64,000 nt of DNA from Planctomycetota bacterium (lineage in GTDB: Bacteria; Planctomycetota; GCA-002687715; DRQF01), in the NCBI GenBank assembly GCA_036479435.1, contig JAZGFI010000113.1, positions 1 to 64,000 on the forward strand, given 5' to 3'. Numbering within the stretch: the stretch's first letter is position 1; each line of letters opens with the position of its first letter. The notes beneath the pieces were generated by a model that saw only the letters and a list, made by a program, of their open reading frames with translations, was not told where the DNA came from and did not search any database. Of this stretch, positions 46,752 to 59,255 are shown piece by piece. The translations under genes were made by a program, and so were the position numbers.

Positions 46752-48009
46752 AACCCAGGCATCAGGTTCAACCCCGGCCAACCGAGCCTCGCCGCTGACG
46801 GCGCCGGGCATCGGCGGCGTACACCTCATTCAGATCTCGGGACCGGGCGTTGAGCCCTTCCTCAAGGTCCATTTTCGCCGGCGAGGACTGCGGGGTCGCG
46901 AGCCTTTTTTCGGAGACCTGGTCGCTGGCGACGAACTCATCGACGAGGTTCTCGTGCAGGAGCACGAGGTCGGCGTTGCTGCGGTCGTCGACTTAGGTCT
47001 TCACGGCAGCGAGGCGGTCCGGAGGCGGGTGAAGCTCCTCTTGCAGGATGCGGGTTTTGAGTGGGCGACCGATCTTCATGATGCCGCAATGGGTTTGTCT
47101 TCGGCATCGGCCGCGAACGCCATCGAGATTGAGGCAGACGTCGGCATGCAGGCCAGTTGGGCTGAGCAAAGCACCCTGTTCTTCGCTGCGGTGATGGCGG
47201 GAGGATTGCGTCGCGAGTGCGAGGGTCTTCTTTGTGATATCGGCTCACTAGTTTCAGCCAATGAGTCCCAGCCATCGGCCTTAGTCCATGAAGTTCGCGA
47301 GGGAGTGGCGACGAGGCTGCAAAGCCTTTGTGACCGTGCCCCGTTTGGGTTGGCGATGACGCGGGCTCCGGTCTTGGCGGTCATCGGGCCGGTCAACGCC
47401 GGCAAGAGCACTCTGGTCAATCGACTCTGTGGTCAAGAGCGAGTCATTGCCGGTGAAGAGCCCGGGATGACCCGTGATCTCGTCGAAGCTCCGATCGCAA
47501 TCCGAGGCTACCCCTTTCGGCTCGTCGACACCGCGGGCCTGCGAGAAACTCAGGATGCCATGGAACGGGCCGGAATCGCGCGCGCCGTTACGTTGGCCAA
47601 AAAGGCGGAGATCAAGTTGGAATTGGCTGATGCTCGCGACTTTTTTCGCGAGGATCGCCTTCGAAGCGAGAGCCTCCGCCCGCACGCGGACAGGGAGGTT
47701 TTCGGTCGCCAGCTTCGGGTCTTCAACAAGATCGATCTCTTGGAACCGAAGGAGATTCGTGCGTTACGCAAAGACCAGGCCGACGCGGTCCTTGTTTCGG
47801 CCAAGACCGGGGAGGGCTTTTCGAAGCTTGAGCAGTGGATCCTTTTTGCCTCAGCCTTCCGTGGCCCCGCGGTGCGGGAGTTTCCGACGCCCTTTACCTC
47901 ACGGCAGCTAAGAGAACTCGAATTTGCCCGGCGAAAATGGCCACAAGATCCGGCGGCAACGTTGGCTGCCTTGGCGCGGCTGGTACAAGGCGATCCCAAC
48001 GACCAATGA
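46738..48009 (+). CDS. Second MnmE/TrmE-like GTPase lacking the C-terminal FCxGK motif
   Basis: TrmE-like N-terminus (LTAPGIGGV, IDEVLV, LHGS), GPVNAGKST, TRD, DTAG, NKID and SAKTG. Confidence 0.8.
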   Translation: MARTETQASGSTPANRASPLTAPGIGGVHLIQISGPGVEPFLKVHFRRRGLRGREPFFGDLVAGDELIDEVLVQEHEVGVAAVVDLGLHGSEAVRRRVKLLLQDAGFEWATDLHDAAMGLSSASAANAIEIEADVGMQASWAEQSTLFFAAVMAGGLRRECEGLLCDIGSLVSANESQPSALVHEVREGVATRLQSLCDRAPFGLAMTRAPVLAVIGPVNAGKSTLVNRLCGQERVIAGEEPGMTRDLVEAPIAIRGYPFRLVDTAGLRETQDAMERAGIARAVTLAKKAEIKLELADARDFFREDRLRSESLRPHADREVFGRQLRVFNKIDLLEPKEIRALRKDQADAVLVSAKTGEGFSKLEQWILFASAFRGPAVREFPTPFTSRQLRELEFARRKWPQDPAATLAALARLVQGDPNDQ

Positions 48010-48060
48010 GGTCGTGAAGACCCTTGCATTGGCTCTCCCGGCGGCAACAATAGAAATGTC

Positions 48061-49248
48061 ATGAGCGAAAAGCGCGACTTCATATCGATTCAAGATCTTT
48101 CGAATGCCGAGATCGAGTCTTTGTTTTGCATCGCGGACAAGATGCGACGCTTGATTCGTGAGTCACACGGTCAGCTTGCGGGCCACATCCTCGGCAGCTT
48201 GTTCTTGGAGCCGAGCACGCGCACGCGGCTATCGTTCGAAGCCGCCATGAATCGACTTGGTGGCCGAGTTCTCACTATCACGGACGCGAACGCCTCGTCT
48301 TTTTCCAAGGGCGAATCGCTTGCGGACAGTGTTCGGATGGTGAGTTCCTACACCGATATCATCGTGCTTCGTCACCCCTTGGCGGGCGCGGCACGCGTTG
48401 CCGCCGAGCATTCTGATTCTCCGGTGATCAATGCCGGAGACGGTGGGCACGAACACCCGACCCAAACTCTTTGCGACCTCTACGCTTTGAAGCGACTAAA
48501 AGGAGACCTCGCTAAACTAAAAGTCGTTCTCTATGGCGATCTTAAGTACGGACGTACAACTCACTCTCTTGCCCTGGCCCTGGTGCGGTTTGGAGCCGAT
48601 GTCTTGGCTATCGCGGAGAAAGGTCTGGAGCTGCCGAGTTACGTTCGCGAGGACTGCGCTGCCCTTACCCAAGGGGTTGATCGCGACGTTGTCATTCGCG
48701 GGGCCCGGACCATCTTTCAAGGTGGCGAAGGCAAGGGCCTGTTGTTTTCAAAGCGGCCGGAATCCTGGGGCCTTGAGGGCGAGGTGCTTGACCTGCGTCG
48801 CCTCGAACTCGACGCGATTTACGTGACGCGCTTGCAGCGCGAGCGCGCCGCGGGCGGCGAAGCTTCCAACTACAGTTTGCCGAATGTCGACACCGCGTTT
48901 TTGTCCGCGGGTGCCTTTGAGAAGGCCGTCGTTCTGCATCCATTGCCCCGTCTGGATGAGATTCACCCCGATGTGGACCGCGACCCTCGCGGGGCCTACT
49001 TTCAGCAGGCCGCGTGGGGCGTGCCGATCCGAATGGCGCTGCTCTCGTTTTTGCTGGGGAAAGAGGTTTTTGAGGTCGCTCCTCGTCCGCGGCGAACGCT
49101 ATTGCCTTTGCCGACCGGGGTGTCGTGCGCGAACGTGGGTTGCATCCTCAACGACGCCTCGGGGCCAAAAACCGGTTCCGCGTGGTGCGGGAGCGAGGGT
49201 CGCTTGCGCTGTGCTTATTGTGACCAACCTTTGCCCGGGCAACCTTAG
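48061..49248 (+). CDS. pyrB: Aspartate carbamoyltransferase catalytic subunit with C-terminal PyrI-like zinc domain
   Basis: FLEPSTRTR, HPTQ and HPLPR; tail CANVGCI...LRCAYCD. Confidence 0.93.
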   Translation: MSEKRDFISIQDLSNAEIESLFCIADKMRRLIRESHGQLAGHILGSLFLEPSTRTRLSFEAAMNRLGGRVLTITDANASSFSKGESLADSVRMVSSYTDIIVLRHPLAGAARVAAEHSDSPVINAGDGGHEHPTQTLCDLYALKRLKGDLAKLKVVLYGDLKYGRTTHSLALALVRFGADVLAIAEKGLELPSYVREDCAALTQGVDRDVVIRGARTIFQGGEGKGLLFSKRPESWGLEGEVLDLRRLELDAIYVTRLQRERAAGGEASNYSLPNVDTAFLSAGAFEKAVVLHPLPRLDEIHPDVDRDPRGAYFQQAAWGVPIRMALLSFLLGKEVFEVAPRPRRTLLPLPTGVSCANVGCILNDASGPKTGSAWCGSEGRLRCAYCDQPLPGQP

Positions 49249-49371
49249 CCCAGAGTTCTCGACGTTCGGAATGGCACAGTTATGGGCTGGCCTCATTCGG
49301 GGTTTCCGGGCGGGCATTCATAAACATAGTCTCATCAGCATGTTAAGTCCAAAAAAGAACTCCCATTGTTT

Positions 49372-49388
49372 TTGGCACGGTTTTGGCT
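49372..49388 (+). promoter_or_regulatory. Putative sigma54 (-24/-12) promoter upstream of the large lipoprotein gene
   Basis: TTGGCACGGTTTTGGCT: TGGCACG with GG-N10-GC spacing. Confidence 0.5.
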
Positions 49389-49693
49389 GTTTCCTCATGG
49401 ACCCGCAGGCCGGCACTTCGCCTTGTCCCTTAGCCCTTAAGCGGCTGGACAGATTTCGAAGGCTCGTTTGGACGCCCCTTCCTGTCACAAGATGGGGGCG
49501 CTAAGATGCCGCCGCGTCCAGCTTAAGGCCAAGTCTGCGAGCGATCTTTTGCCTCGGGTCTGGTCGATAGGAAAACGGATGTTGCGGCCGAGTGTGGCCG
49601 TGGAAAAAGAACAACCAGTGACGGTTCGTGAAAAGTACGCAACCTGCGATTGATTCGGTTGCGACGCGCAAGTTAGCGGAAGGGGTTTTGTTT

Positions 49694-52183
<2,490 letters not shown>

Positions 52184-52253
52184 TCAGGGCTCGTTCGCGC
52201 TCCCGGACCTTCCGGTCTTACACTGGAGCCTGAGCTAATCGCGAAAACTTTAG

Positions 52254-52299
52254 AGACCGTCCCGCCTTCCCTTAAGGAAAGCAGGGCGGTCTTTTTCTT
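52254..52299 (+). terminator. Intrinsic terminator after the lipoprotein gene
   Basis: AGACCGTCC...GGGCGGTCT stem followed by a T-rich tract. Confidence 0.75.
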
Positions 52300-52485
52300 C
52301 GCTCTTTACAGCGCGCTCGAGGGCGACTAAGCTGCCCGAGGTTGGGAATTTTCGAAGCCTTTTTTGACCCCCCCTCTTATCCGACTTGGGTATGAGGTCG
52401 TTCTTTGTGCTGTAACGACAAGTTCTCTTGTTGGCGCAAAGAAGGGGACCAGGGCTTCACACCACGACATCGGAGAATGCGCGGC

Positions 52486-53364
52486 ATGAGCGCGCCGGAG
52501 ATTGGCCTCTTCGCCTTTGCTGGCGTTCTTGGGCTTCTCGTCGGGAGCTTCTTGAACGTCGTCATCTATCGAGTGCCACGCATGTGTCTCTCGATTTGGC
52601 GTCAAACTCGTTCTCGCTGTCCCCACTGCGGGGTACAAATCCGATGGTTTGACAATATTCCAGTGCTGAGCTGGCTCGGCCTGAGGGGGCGTTGTTTCAA
52701 ATGCCGGGCGAGGATTTCCCTTCGCTATCCCCTGGTCGAACTCTTAACAGCTGGCCTCTTTGTTCTCTTTGCTTGGGCTGATGCCGAACGCTTTGGCGGC
52801 GCGCGTCTGGCCCTGGCTGATGAGACGTTCTGGGCTTTATGGGGCGTCCACGCGCTCCTGGGTTCGGCGCTTTTGGCTTTGGCCGTGATCGACATTGACT
52901 TTCGGATTCTGCCGGATGTCATCACGCTGCCGGGAATCCTCATGGCGCCAATCTTGGTGCTCGCCGTGCCGGCCGTGATGCCGGACTTAGTGTGGAGACC
53001 CTTTGAGGCCGGAGGGATGGGCATTCGGCTCAACGCTCTCGTGAACTCCCTGGCGGGCGTTATCGGCGGCGGTGGGTTGCTCTGGGGCTTGGGTTGGCTT
53101 GCTTCAAAGGCTTTTCGCAAGCCGGCGATGGGGCTTGGAGATGTCAAACTCTTCGCGGCGATGGGGGGCTTTCTCGGCGCGTGGCTGATCTTGGCCCTCG
53201 TGCTCGCTTCTTTCATCGGAAGCGTCATCGGAATCGGAATCTTAGTGATCAAAAAAGATCGCTACGTCCCATTTGGGCCATTTTTGGCCGCGGGGATGGT
53301 TCTGTGCCTGCTGTGGGGTCCAGACATCCTCCAAGCGATCGAAATGCGTCTCGCACCGGCTTAG
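52486..53364 (+). CDS. pilD: Prepilin peptidase (A24)
   Basis: GSFLNVVIYRVP, CPHC, DNIPVLSWL..RGRC..C, MGLGDVKL and PFGPFL motifs. Confidence 0.95.
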   Translation: MSAPEIGLFAFAGVLGLLVGSFLNVVIYRVPRMCLSIWRQTRSRCPHCGVQIRWFDNIPVLSWLGLRGRCFKCRARISLRYPLVELLTAGLFVLFAWADAERFGGARLALADETFWALWGVHALLGSALLALAVIDIDFRILPDVITLPGILMAPILVLAVPAVMPDLVWRPFEAGGMGIRLNALVNSLAGVIGGGGLLWGLGWLASKAFRKPAMGLGDVKLFAAMGGFLGAWLILALVLASFIGSVIGIGILVIKKDRYVPFGPFLAAGMVLCLLWGPDILQAIEMRLAPA

Positions 53365-53448
53365 TTCGGTGCGCGGCCGCAAAGACGCCGCAATTTTTTC
53401 ATTAGGCACGGGTCTCTGGGGAGGGACCGCCGCATCAGGAGGTAGACC

Positions 53449-54288
53449 ATGTCGCATGCGACACAAAGATTTTTGACCTTGGCAGTATTGGCGAGTTTGG
53501 CCGCGGCTCTGTTGACGAGCTGCGCATCGACGAACCAAGACGAGTATCAAGATGATGCCAGGTTGGTATCGGTGCGGGAAGACAACGAGACTCTAAAGCG
53601 CCGCTTGGTGGACATGGGTTCGGTCGAGACCGCGCTCGAGCGCGAGTTGAACGCCAAAAAAGGCGAGACTCGTTCGGCCACGGCAGAAAGCCAGCGGCTG
53701 CGCAGCGAAAATCGCCGCCTGCTGGCCGAGCTTGACCGCTTGAAGCGCCAGCCCAAGCCAGCGGCGAATACGCTTCGCCCGAATTCGCGTCGCGGTGAAC
53801 GAAGCGTTTCGGTGGTAACACCGTTGCGGAATCGCGGTGGCCTGACGGCGCCCAAAATCAACTTTTCGTCGCTTGTTGGCAAAGACATCGAAGTCGTCGA
53901 TAACGGTGACGGAAAACTGCGGGTTCGCTTGGCGGGTGCGACAATGTTTCGCACTGCGTCTTCTGACCTCAGCAAAGGTGGTAGGAAGATTCTCGACAAG
54001 GTCGGCGACATCCTACGGGAGAATCGGGGCGTTTTCGTCAGTGTTGAGGGCCATACCGATGCCACGCCGCTCGGAAAAAGCCGCACACAGTGGGGTACCA
54101 ACATGGCGCTGTCGATGGCGCGCGCTCTCGTTGTACAGGACTACCTGAAGAACTCGGAGAAGATCTCTGAAAAGCGTATGCGCGTCGTGGGATATGGTGA
54201 ACACCGCCCGGCGCAATCGGGTCGTAGCGCCTCGGCCCTTGCCAAAAACCGTCGCGTCGAACTCGTGCTGACGAATCGAGCGCCCTAA
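53449..54288 (+). CDS. OmpA/MotB-family peptidoglycan-binding lipoprotein
   Basis: Lipobox LTSC, coiled coil, VEGHTD, LS..RA, GYGE.RP and NRRVE motifs. Confidence 0.88.
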   Translation: MSHATQRFLTLAVLASLAAALLTSCASTNQDEYQDDARLVSVREDNETLKRRLVDMGSVETALERELNAKKGETRSATAESQRLRSENRRLLAELDRLKRQPKPAANTLRPNSRRGERSVSVVTPLRNRGGLTAPKINFSSLVGKDIEVVDNGDGKLRVRLAGATMFRTASSDLSKGGRKILDKVGDILRENRGVFVSVEGHTDATPLGKSRTQWGTNMALSMARALVVQDYLKNSEKISEKRMRVVGYGEHRPAQSGRSASALAKNRRVELVLTNRAP

Positions 54289-54351
54289 TTCGCAAAGGAA
54301 GCCTTGCGCATTCCGGTGCTAGGGTCCGCCTAAGCGGATCTCGTTGACGAG

Positions 54352-54392
54352 GAAGCCCGAAGAGACTCAGTCTCTTCGGGCTTCTTGTCTTG
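54352..54392 (+). terminator. Terminator-like hairpin
   Basis: Perfect 15-bp stem GAAGCCCGAAGAGAC/GTCTCTTCGGGCTTC followed by TTGTCTTG. Confidence 0.75.
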
Positions 54393-54468
54393 TCAAAAAT
54401 GCGAGGTCAATTTAGTCTCTTAATTCGAATCCTAGCGTACTAGTCGAAAGTCTCAGGGAGAACGCACC

Positions 54469-56511
54469 ATGGGAAGACCTGCCCCCTCCAGCATTCGAAA
54501 CGTCTGTATTGTTGGTCACAGTGATGCTGGAAAGACATCTTTGGCCGATGCGCTCTTGTTCAAGGCCGGTGCCGTTACTCGACAGGGCAATGTCAAAGAC
54601 AAGTCTTCCGTTTTCGATCACGACGATCAGGAACACGAAAAGCAACACAGCCTCGAGAGCGCTTTGGCACACTGCGAGTGGGATGGCCTTCGATTCAACA
54701 TCATCGACACTCCTGGGTATCCGGATTTCATCGGTGATGCGGTGGGGGCTATTTCTGCGAGCGACGGCGTCATTATTTGCGTCAACGCATCCCAAGGCGT
54801 TCAGGTGAACACCCGCCGCGTGTTCGATGTGGCGGAGAAACTTCGCAAGGCGCGCATCATCGTCTTGACCAAGGGTGATATGCCTGACCTTGACTTCGAG
54901 AAGTCCGTTGCGGAGGTTCAGACTTGGTTCGGAAAGCGTTGTGTCCCCATTGCCTTGCCGAACAGCTTCGGGCCGGGTTTTAGCGAGACTGAGAAATTCT
55001 TGAGGAACAAGGGCGGCACGAGCGACCTTGCGAAAGCCTGGTATCAATCTTTCGTTGAGGGTGCCGTTGAGTTCGACGATGACGTCACGATGAAGTACAT
55101 CGAGGGCGAAGAGATCGGAACGGAAGATCTGAAGCGTTGTTTCTGCGGCGCGGTCGGCACCGGGATGGTGACGCCCATCATCAGCACGAGTGTCGAAAAA
55201 GACGTTGGACTGCGTGACGTTCTGGATTCAATCAAAGTGTTCGTGCCCGATGCCGATGTCGCGGCGGGGCGCCGAGGGCTCTATCCTGATCTGAAGGCCG
55301 CGGGCGAGCGCGTCCAAGTGTCAGACCTTGGCAACGACGAGTTTTACGGCCAGGTCTTCAAGGTGGTCATCGACAAACACGTCGGGAAGGTCGCTTTTTT
55401 GAAGGTTCACAACGGTGTTGTCAAGCACGGTGACATCATCCACAACTCGAGGGGAGGCCGAAAGGAGAAAGTTGGCCACCTCGTGGAACCCATGGGCAAA
55501 GAACTCGAGGCGACAGCGTCTGCGGTCGTCGGCGACACCGTGGCCCTGACGAAAATCGACAGCATCGACCTCGGGGACACCATTTCATCGGCTACAGATC
55601 CGATGTCGTTCGCGCCCATCCCCTTTCCACGCCCCATGGCTCAGCTGGCGGTCCGGCCCGCGACCCGGGGCGATGAGACCAAAATCTCCGAGGCGTTTTC
55701 CAAACTCAGCAACGAAATCCCGACCTTCGAGGTCGATCGCGACCCGATTACCAATGAACTGATCGCCCACGCCATGAGCAATCTTCAGCTTGAGATGGCG
55801 TTTCAGCGGCTAAAGGACCGCTACGGGATCGAAGTTACGACTTCTCCGGCGCGGATTCCCTACCGCGAAACCGTGCAGGTCACGGCCGAAGGACACTATC
55901 GCCACAAAAAACAAAGCGGGGGACGCGGTCAATTCGGAGAGGTATTCCTGAAGATCATGCCCTGCGAACCAGGGTCGGGCCTACAGCTGGACTGGGATAT
56001 CGTGGGTGGCTCGATCCCGTCGAACTTCGCGCCGGCGATCGAAAAGGGGATTCGCGAGAAGATGGCGGGGGGGGTTATTGCGGGTTATCCAATCCTTGAC
56101 GCCCACGTTAGCGTTCATGACGGCAAATTTCACGACGTCGATTCGTCCGAAGCAGCCTTCAAGATCGCGGGGGGGAGGGCCTTCGCCGAGGCGATCAAGG
56201 CCGCTCGACCGATCTTGTTGGAGCCCATTTTGGACGTTGAAATTGTCATTCCAGGGGCAGCGATGGGAGATGTGTCGGGTGATCTCAATACTCGACGCGG
56301 ACGGATCCAGGGTATGGACGCAAAGGGTCAGTTTCAGATCATCAAGGCTCATGTGCCGAAGGCTGAAATGGGAGAGTACCCGAGAGTTTTGACTTCGCTA
56401 ACATCCGGCGAGGGCTCCTTTAGTTACGAGGAGTGCGGTTACGAAGCCGTGCCAGGCAACGTTCAACAACAAATCATCGCTGACTATAAACCGCACGAAG
56501 AAGAAGAATAG
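54469..56511 (+). CDS. Elongation factor G-like protein (EF-G2 paralogue)
   Basis: GHSDAGKT, DTPGYPDF, KKQSGGRGQFG and HDVDSSE; canonical ERGIT switch I replaced; not in the str operon. Confidence 0.9.
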   Translation: MGRPAPSSIRNVCIVGHSDAGKTSLADALLFKAGAVTRQGNVKDKSSVFDHDDQEHEKQHSLESALAHCEWDGLRFNIIDTPGYPDFIGDAVGAISASDGVIICVNASQGVQVNTRRVFDVAEKLRKARIIVLTKGDMPDLDFEKSVAEVQTWFGKRCVPIALPNSFGPGFSETEKFLRNKGGTSDLAKAWYQSFVEGAVEFDDDVTMKYIEGEEIGTEDLKRCFCGAVGTGMVTPIISTSVEKDVGLRDVLDSIKVFVPDADVAAGRRGLYPDLKAAGERVQVSDLGNDEFYGQVFKVVIDKHVGKVAFLKVHNGVVKHGDIIHNSRGGRKEKVGHLVEPMGKELEATASAVVGDTVALTKIDSIDLGDTISSATDPMSFAPIPFPRPMAQLAVRPATRGDETKISEAFSKLSNEIPTFEVDRDPITNELIAHAMSNLQLEMAFQRLKDRYGIEVTTSPARIPYRETVQVTAEGHYRHKKQSGGRGQFGEVFLKIMPCEPGSGLQLDWDIVGGSIPSNFAPAIEKGIREKMAGGVIAGYPILDAHVSVHDGKFHDVDSSEAAFKIAGGRAFAEAIKAARPILLEPILDVEIVIPGAAMGDVSGDLNTRRGRIQGMDAKGQFQIIKAHVPKAEMGEYPRVLTSLTSGEGSFSYEECGYEAVPGNVQQQIIADYKPHEEEE

Positions 56512-56555
56512 ATCGACTTTTCGCAACTCAGCGTCTAAAAATCCGACACTTATGC

Positions 56556-56596
56556 GAGGCCGCAGCATGCCCTCTTGGCGCTGCGGTCTTTTTTTT
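56556..56596 (+). terminator. Intrinsic terminator after EF-G2
   Basis: GAGGCCGCAGC...GCTGCGGTCTT stem followed by a T run. Confidence 0.8.
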
Positions 56597-56699
56597 GTCG
56601 ATGAAATGTCACCCAATCGCCAACTTTTTGCTCGATATGCGCCGATAGAGCTTTCGCGGGAAGCGCTTGCGGTCCCGTTACAGCTCGGAGAAGACAGCG

Positions 56700-57776
56700 A
56701 TGATCGTGTTGGAAGATCTGTTGACATCACTAGTGGAACGCGGGGGATCGGATCTCCATATTTCCGCCGGGAGTCCACCGAAGTTCAGGTTGGACGGTGA
56801 ACTCATTGATGCCGCGCACGAACCACTGAAATCCGAAGAGACGAAAAGGCTCGTCTACAGCATCCTGAACGCCGAGCAGATCGCGCGTTTCGAAAAGGAC
56901 CTGGAACTCGACCTCAGTTTCGGCATCACGGGATTGGGACGCTTTAGGACCAATGTCTTCCAGCAGCGCGGCGCCGTCAGCGGCGTTTTTCGCGTCATCC
57001 CCTACGAGATTCAGGGCTTCAAGGAGCTGGGCCTTCCGGTCGAAATTTGCAAGAACATCTGTTCGATCCCGAAGGGCCTCGTACTCGTTACGGGGGCGAC
57101 GGGCAGCGGCAAATCGACGTCGTTGGCTTCGATGATTGACGAAATCAACCAGCACCGCCGGCAACACATTGTCACGATCGAGGACCCCATCGAGTTCTTG
57201 CATGTGAACAAGAAGTCACTGTTCAATCAGCGAGAGGTCGGTGCGGATACTTTCGCTTTTGAGCGGGCGCTCAAGAGCGTTCTCCGCCAGGACCCGGATG
57301 TCGTTCTTATCGGCGAGTTACGTACCCTTGAGACTATCGAGGCTGCGTTGACTTTGGCGGAGACCGGGCACCTGACCTTTGCCACGCTTCACACTTCTGA
57401 CTGTGTTCAGACCATCAACCGCATCGTCGATGTGTTTCCTGCCAATCAACAACAACAAGTGCGCACGCAGCTTTCCTTCACTCTCCAAGCCGTCTTTTGC
57501 CAACAGCTCATTCCGACGGCAGACGGTCGAGGTCGGACGCTTGCTTGCGAAATCATGATCGCGAACTCTGCGGTCAAAGCTCTGATTCGTGAGAACAAAG
57601 CCCACCAAATTTACTCTCAGATTCAGACCGGGGGGTCGCTGGGAATGCAAACGATGAACATGGCACTGAATGAGCTCTACCAAACCAGGAAGATCTCCTT
57701 GGACGAGGCGCTGACGCGCTCGACGGACAAAGAGGATCTCAAGCGCTTGGTTTCGAAACAGCCGGCGTTGCGATAG
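56700..57776 (+). CDS. pilT: Type IV pilus retraction ATPase PilT
   Basis: GSDLH, GATGSGKST, EDPIE, TGHL and AVKALIRE (AIRNLIRE-like) motifs. Confidence 0.94.
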   Translation: MIVLEDLLTSLVERGGSDLHISAGSPPKFRLDGELIDAAHEPLKSEETKRLVYSILNAEQIARFEKDLELDLSFGITGLGRFRTNVFQQRGAVSGVFRVIPYEIQGFKELGLPVEICKNICSIPKGLVLVTGATGSGKSTSLASMIDEINQHRRQHIVTIEDPIEFLHVNKKSLFNQREVGADTFAFERALKSVLRQDPDVVLIGELRTLETIEAALTLAETGHLTFATLHTSDCVQTINRIVDVFPANQQQQVRTQLSFTLQAVFCQQLIPTADGRGRTLACEIMIANSAVKALIRENKAHQIYSQIQTGGSLGMQTMNMALNELYQTRKISLDEALTRSTDKEDLKRLVSKQPALR

Positions 57777-57787
57777 AGGGGAATTAG

Positions 57788-59017
57788 ATGCCATCATTTA
57801 GATACAAAGCCAAAAACCAAAAAGGTGAATTGGTCTCGGGAAAGATCACGGGCGGGAATCAAGAAGAAGCCGCCCAGAAGCTCGAACGTCAACATCTCGT
57901 CGTCGTCAAAATCAAAGCGCTAGAAAACAAAGGGCGCAGCAAGATCGAAAAACGCGCGAAGCGGGCCAGGCCTAGTGTTCAAAAGGGCGAGCTTGAACTG
58001 TTCACTCGTCAGCTCTCGACGATGATCTCGGCTGGTATTCCCCTATTGGAATGCTTAGAGATCCAGCGAGAACAGGCTGAGTCGCCGGGTTTCGCGAAGT
58101 GTTTGATGCTCGTCATCGAGGATATTCGCGGCGGTTCTGACCTCTCAGTTTCGATGGGAAGGCACCCCAGGGTTTTCACTGAGATCTACGTCAGCATGAT
58201 CCGCGCCGGCGAGGAATCTGGCCAACTAGACGACATCTTGACGCGACTCGCCGAGTACCTTGAGGCGGCGGCGGCGCTGAAAAGCGAGATCAAAGCGGCC
58301 ATGACCTATCCGGTCGTGTCCCTGGTTTTGGTCACGGCTATCACCGCGTTCTTGATGATCGTGATCGTGCCGAAGTTCAAGGCGATTTTCGACGGCTTGA
58401 GGGTGGAGCTGCCGGCTTTCACCGTTGCCGTCCTGAAAGTCAGTCTGTTCATGAAGAACCACGCGATCATGACTGCCCTAGGTCTCGGTTTCGGTTTCTT
58501 TGCTCTTCATATGTGGCGCAAGACGGAGACGGGAACCAAAGTTTGTGACCAGATCCTCATGCGATCGCCGGTCTTTGGGCCCTTGTTTCGAAAAGTAGCC
58601 TTATCCAGGTTCTCGCGAACTTTTTCAACGCTCATCAAAAGTGGAGTTCCGATTCTCGGCTCACTGGAGATTGTGGCCGACACCGCCGGCAACTACTTGG
58701 TTCGGCGCGCGGTCCTCGAAGCGCTAGAGGAAGTGCGCCGCGGCGAACCTCTCGCGGAGCCGCTCGCTCAACATTGGATCTTTCCACCGATGGTGACGCG
58801 GATGGTCGGCATCGGCGAAAAATCTGGCGCTCTCGAAACCTTGCTATCCAAGATCGCCGATTTCTACGACCAACAAGTAGAGACTGATGTGAAGTCCCTA
58901 ACCAGTTTGATCGAGCCCTTAATGATCGGATTGATGGGGATCATGGTGGGCGGGATCGTCCTCGCCGTCTTCATGCCGATCATGAAACTTCAGCAATCGC
59001 TCACTCCAGGCGCCTAA
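57788..59017 (+). CDS. pilC: Type IV pilus inner-membrane platform protein (T2SS F family)
   Basis: FTRQLSTMISAG, GEESGQL, AMTYP, GEKSG and LIEP motifs. Confidence 0.94.
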   Translation: MPSFRYKAKNQKGELVSGKITGGNQEEAAQKLERQHLVVVKIKALENKGRSKIEKRAKRARPSVQKGELELFTRQLSTMISAGIPLLECLEIQREQAESPGFAKCLMLVIEDIRGGSDLSVSMGRHPRVFTEIYVSMIRAGEESGQLDDILTRLAEYLEAAAALKSEIKAAMTYPVVSLVLVTAITAFLMIVIVPKFKAIFDGLRVELPAFTVAVLKVSLFMKNHAIMTALGLGFGFFALHMWRKTETGTKVCDQILMRSPVFGPLFRKVALSRFSRTFSTLIKSGVPILGSLEIVADTAGNYLVRRAVLEALEEVRRGEPLAEPLAQHWIFPPMVTRMVGIGEKSGALETLLSKIADFYDQQVETDVKSLTSLIEPLMIGLMGIMVGGIVLAVFMPIMKLQQSLTPGA

Positions 59018-59048
59018 GCGACCAGGAGAAATCTGCTCAATGAATGTT

Positions 59049-59081
59049 GCATGCCTTGAGACCTCGAGTCTCAAGGCATGC
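59049..59081. repeat. Perfect 14-bp inverted repeat downstream of pilC
   Basis: GCATGCCTTGAGAC-N5-GTCTCAAGGCATGC; no U tract. Confidence 0.85.
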
Positions 59082-59255
59082 GCCACTCCAGGCTTTGGAG
59101 GCCATTGATGCTGCATTTGCTGAGCGTTCACACCAAGGTTTTCTCTCAATACCCATTCATACCCAGCACTGAATTTTCATTAGCTCAAAAGTCTGGGCAG
59201 GGAGTTCCGATAAGTCCGGTGCCGCCGACACGGGCGGTTAGTCAAAGAAAGAACC

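Noticed and set aside
49273..49288. Second TGGCAC element as a sigma54 promoter
   Set aside because: GG-to-GC spacing is 11 rather than 10.
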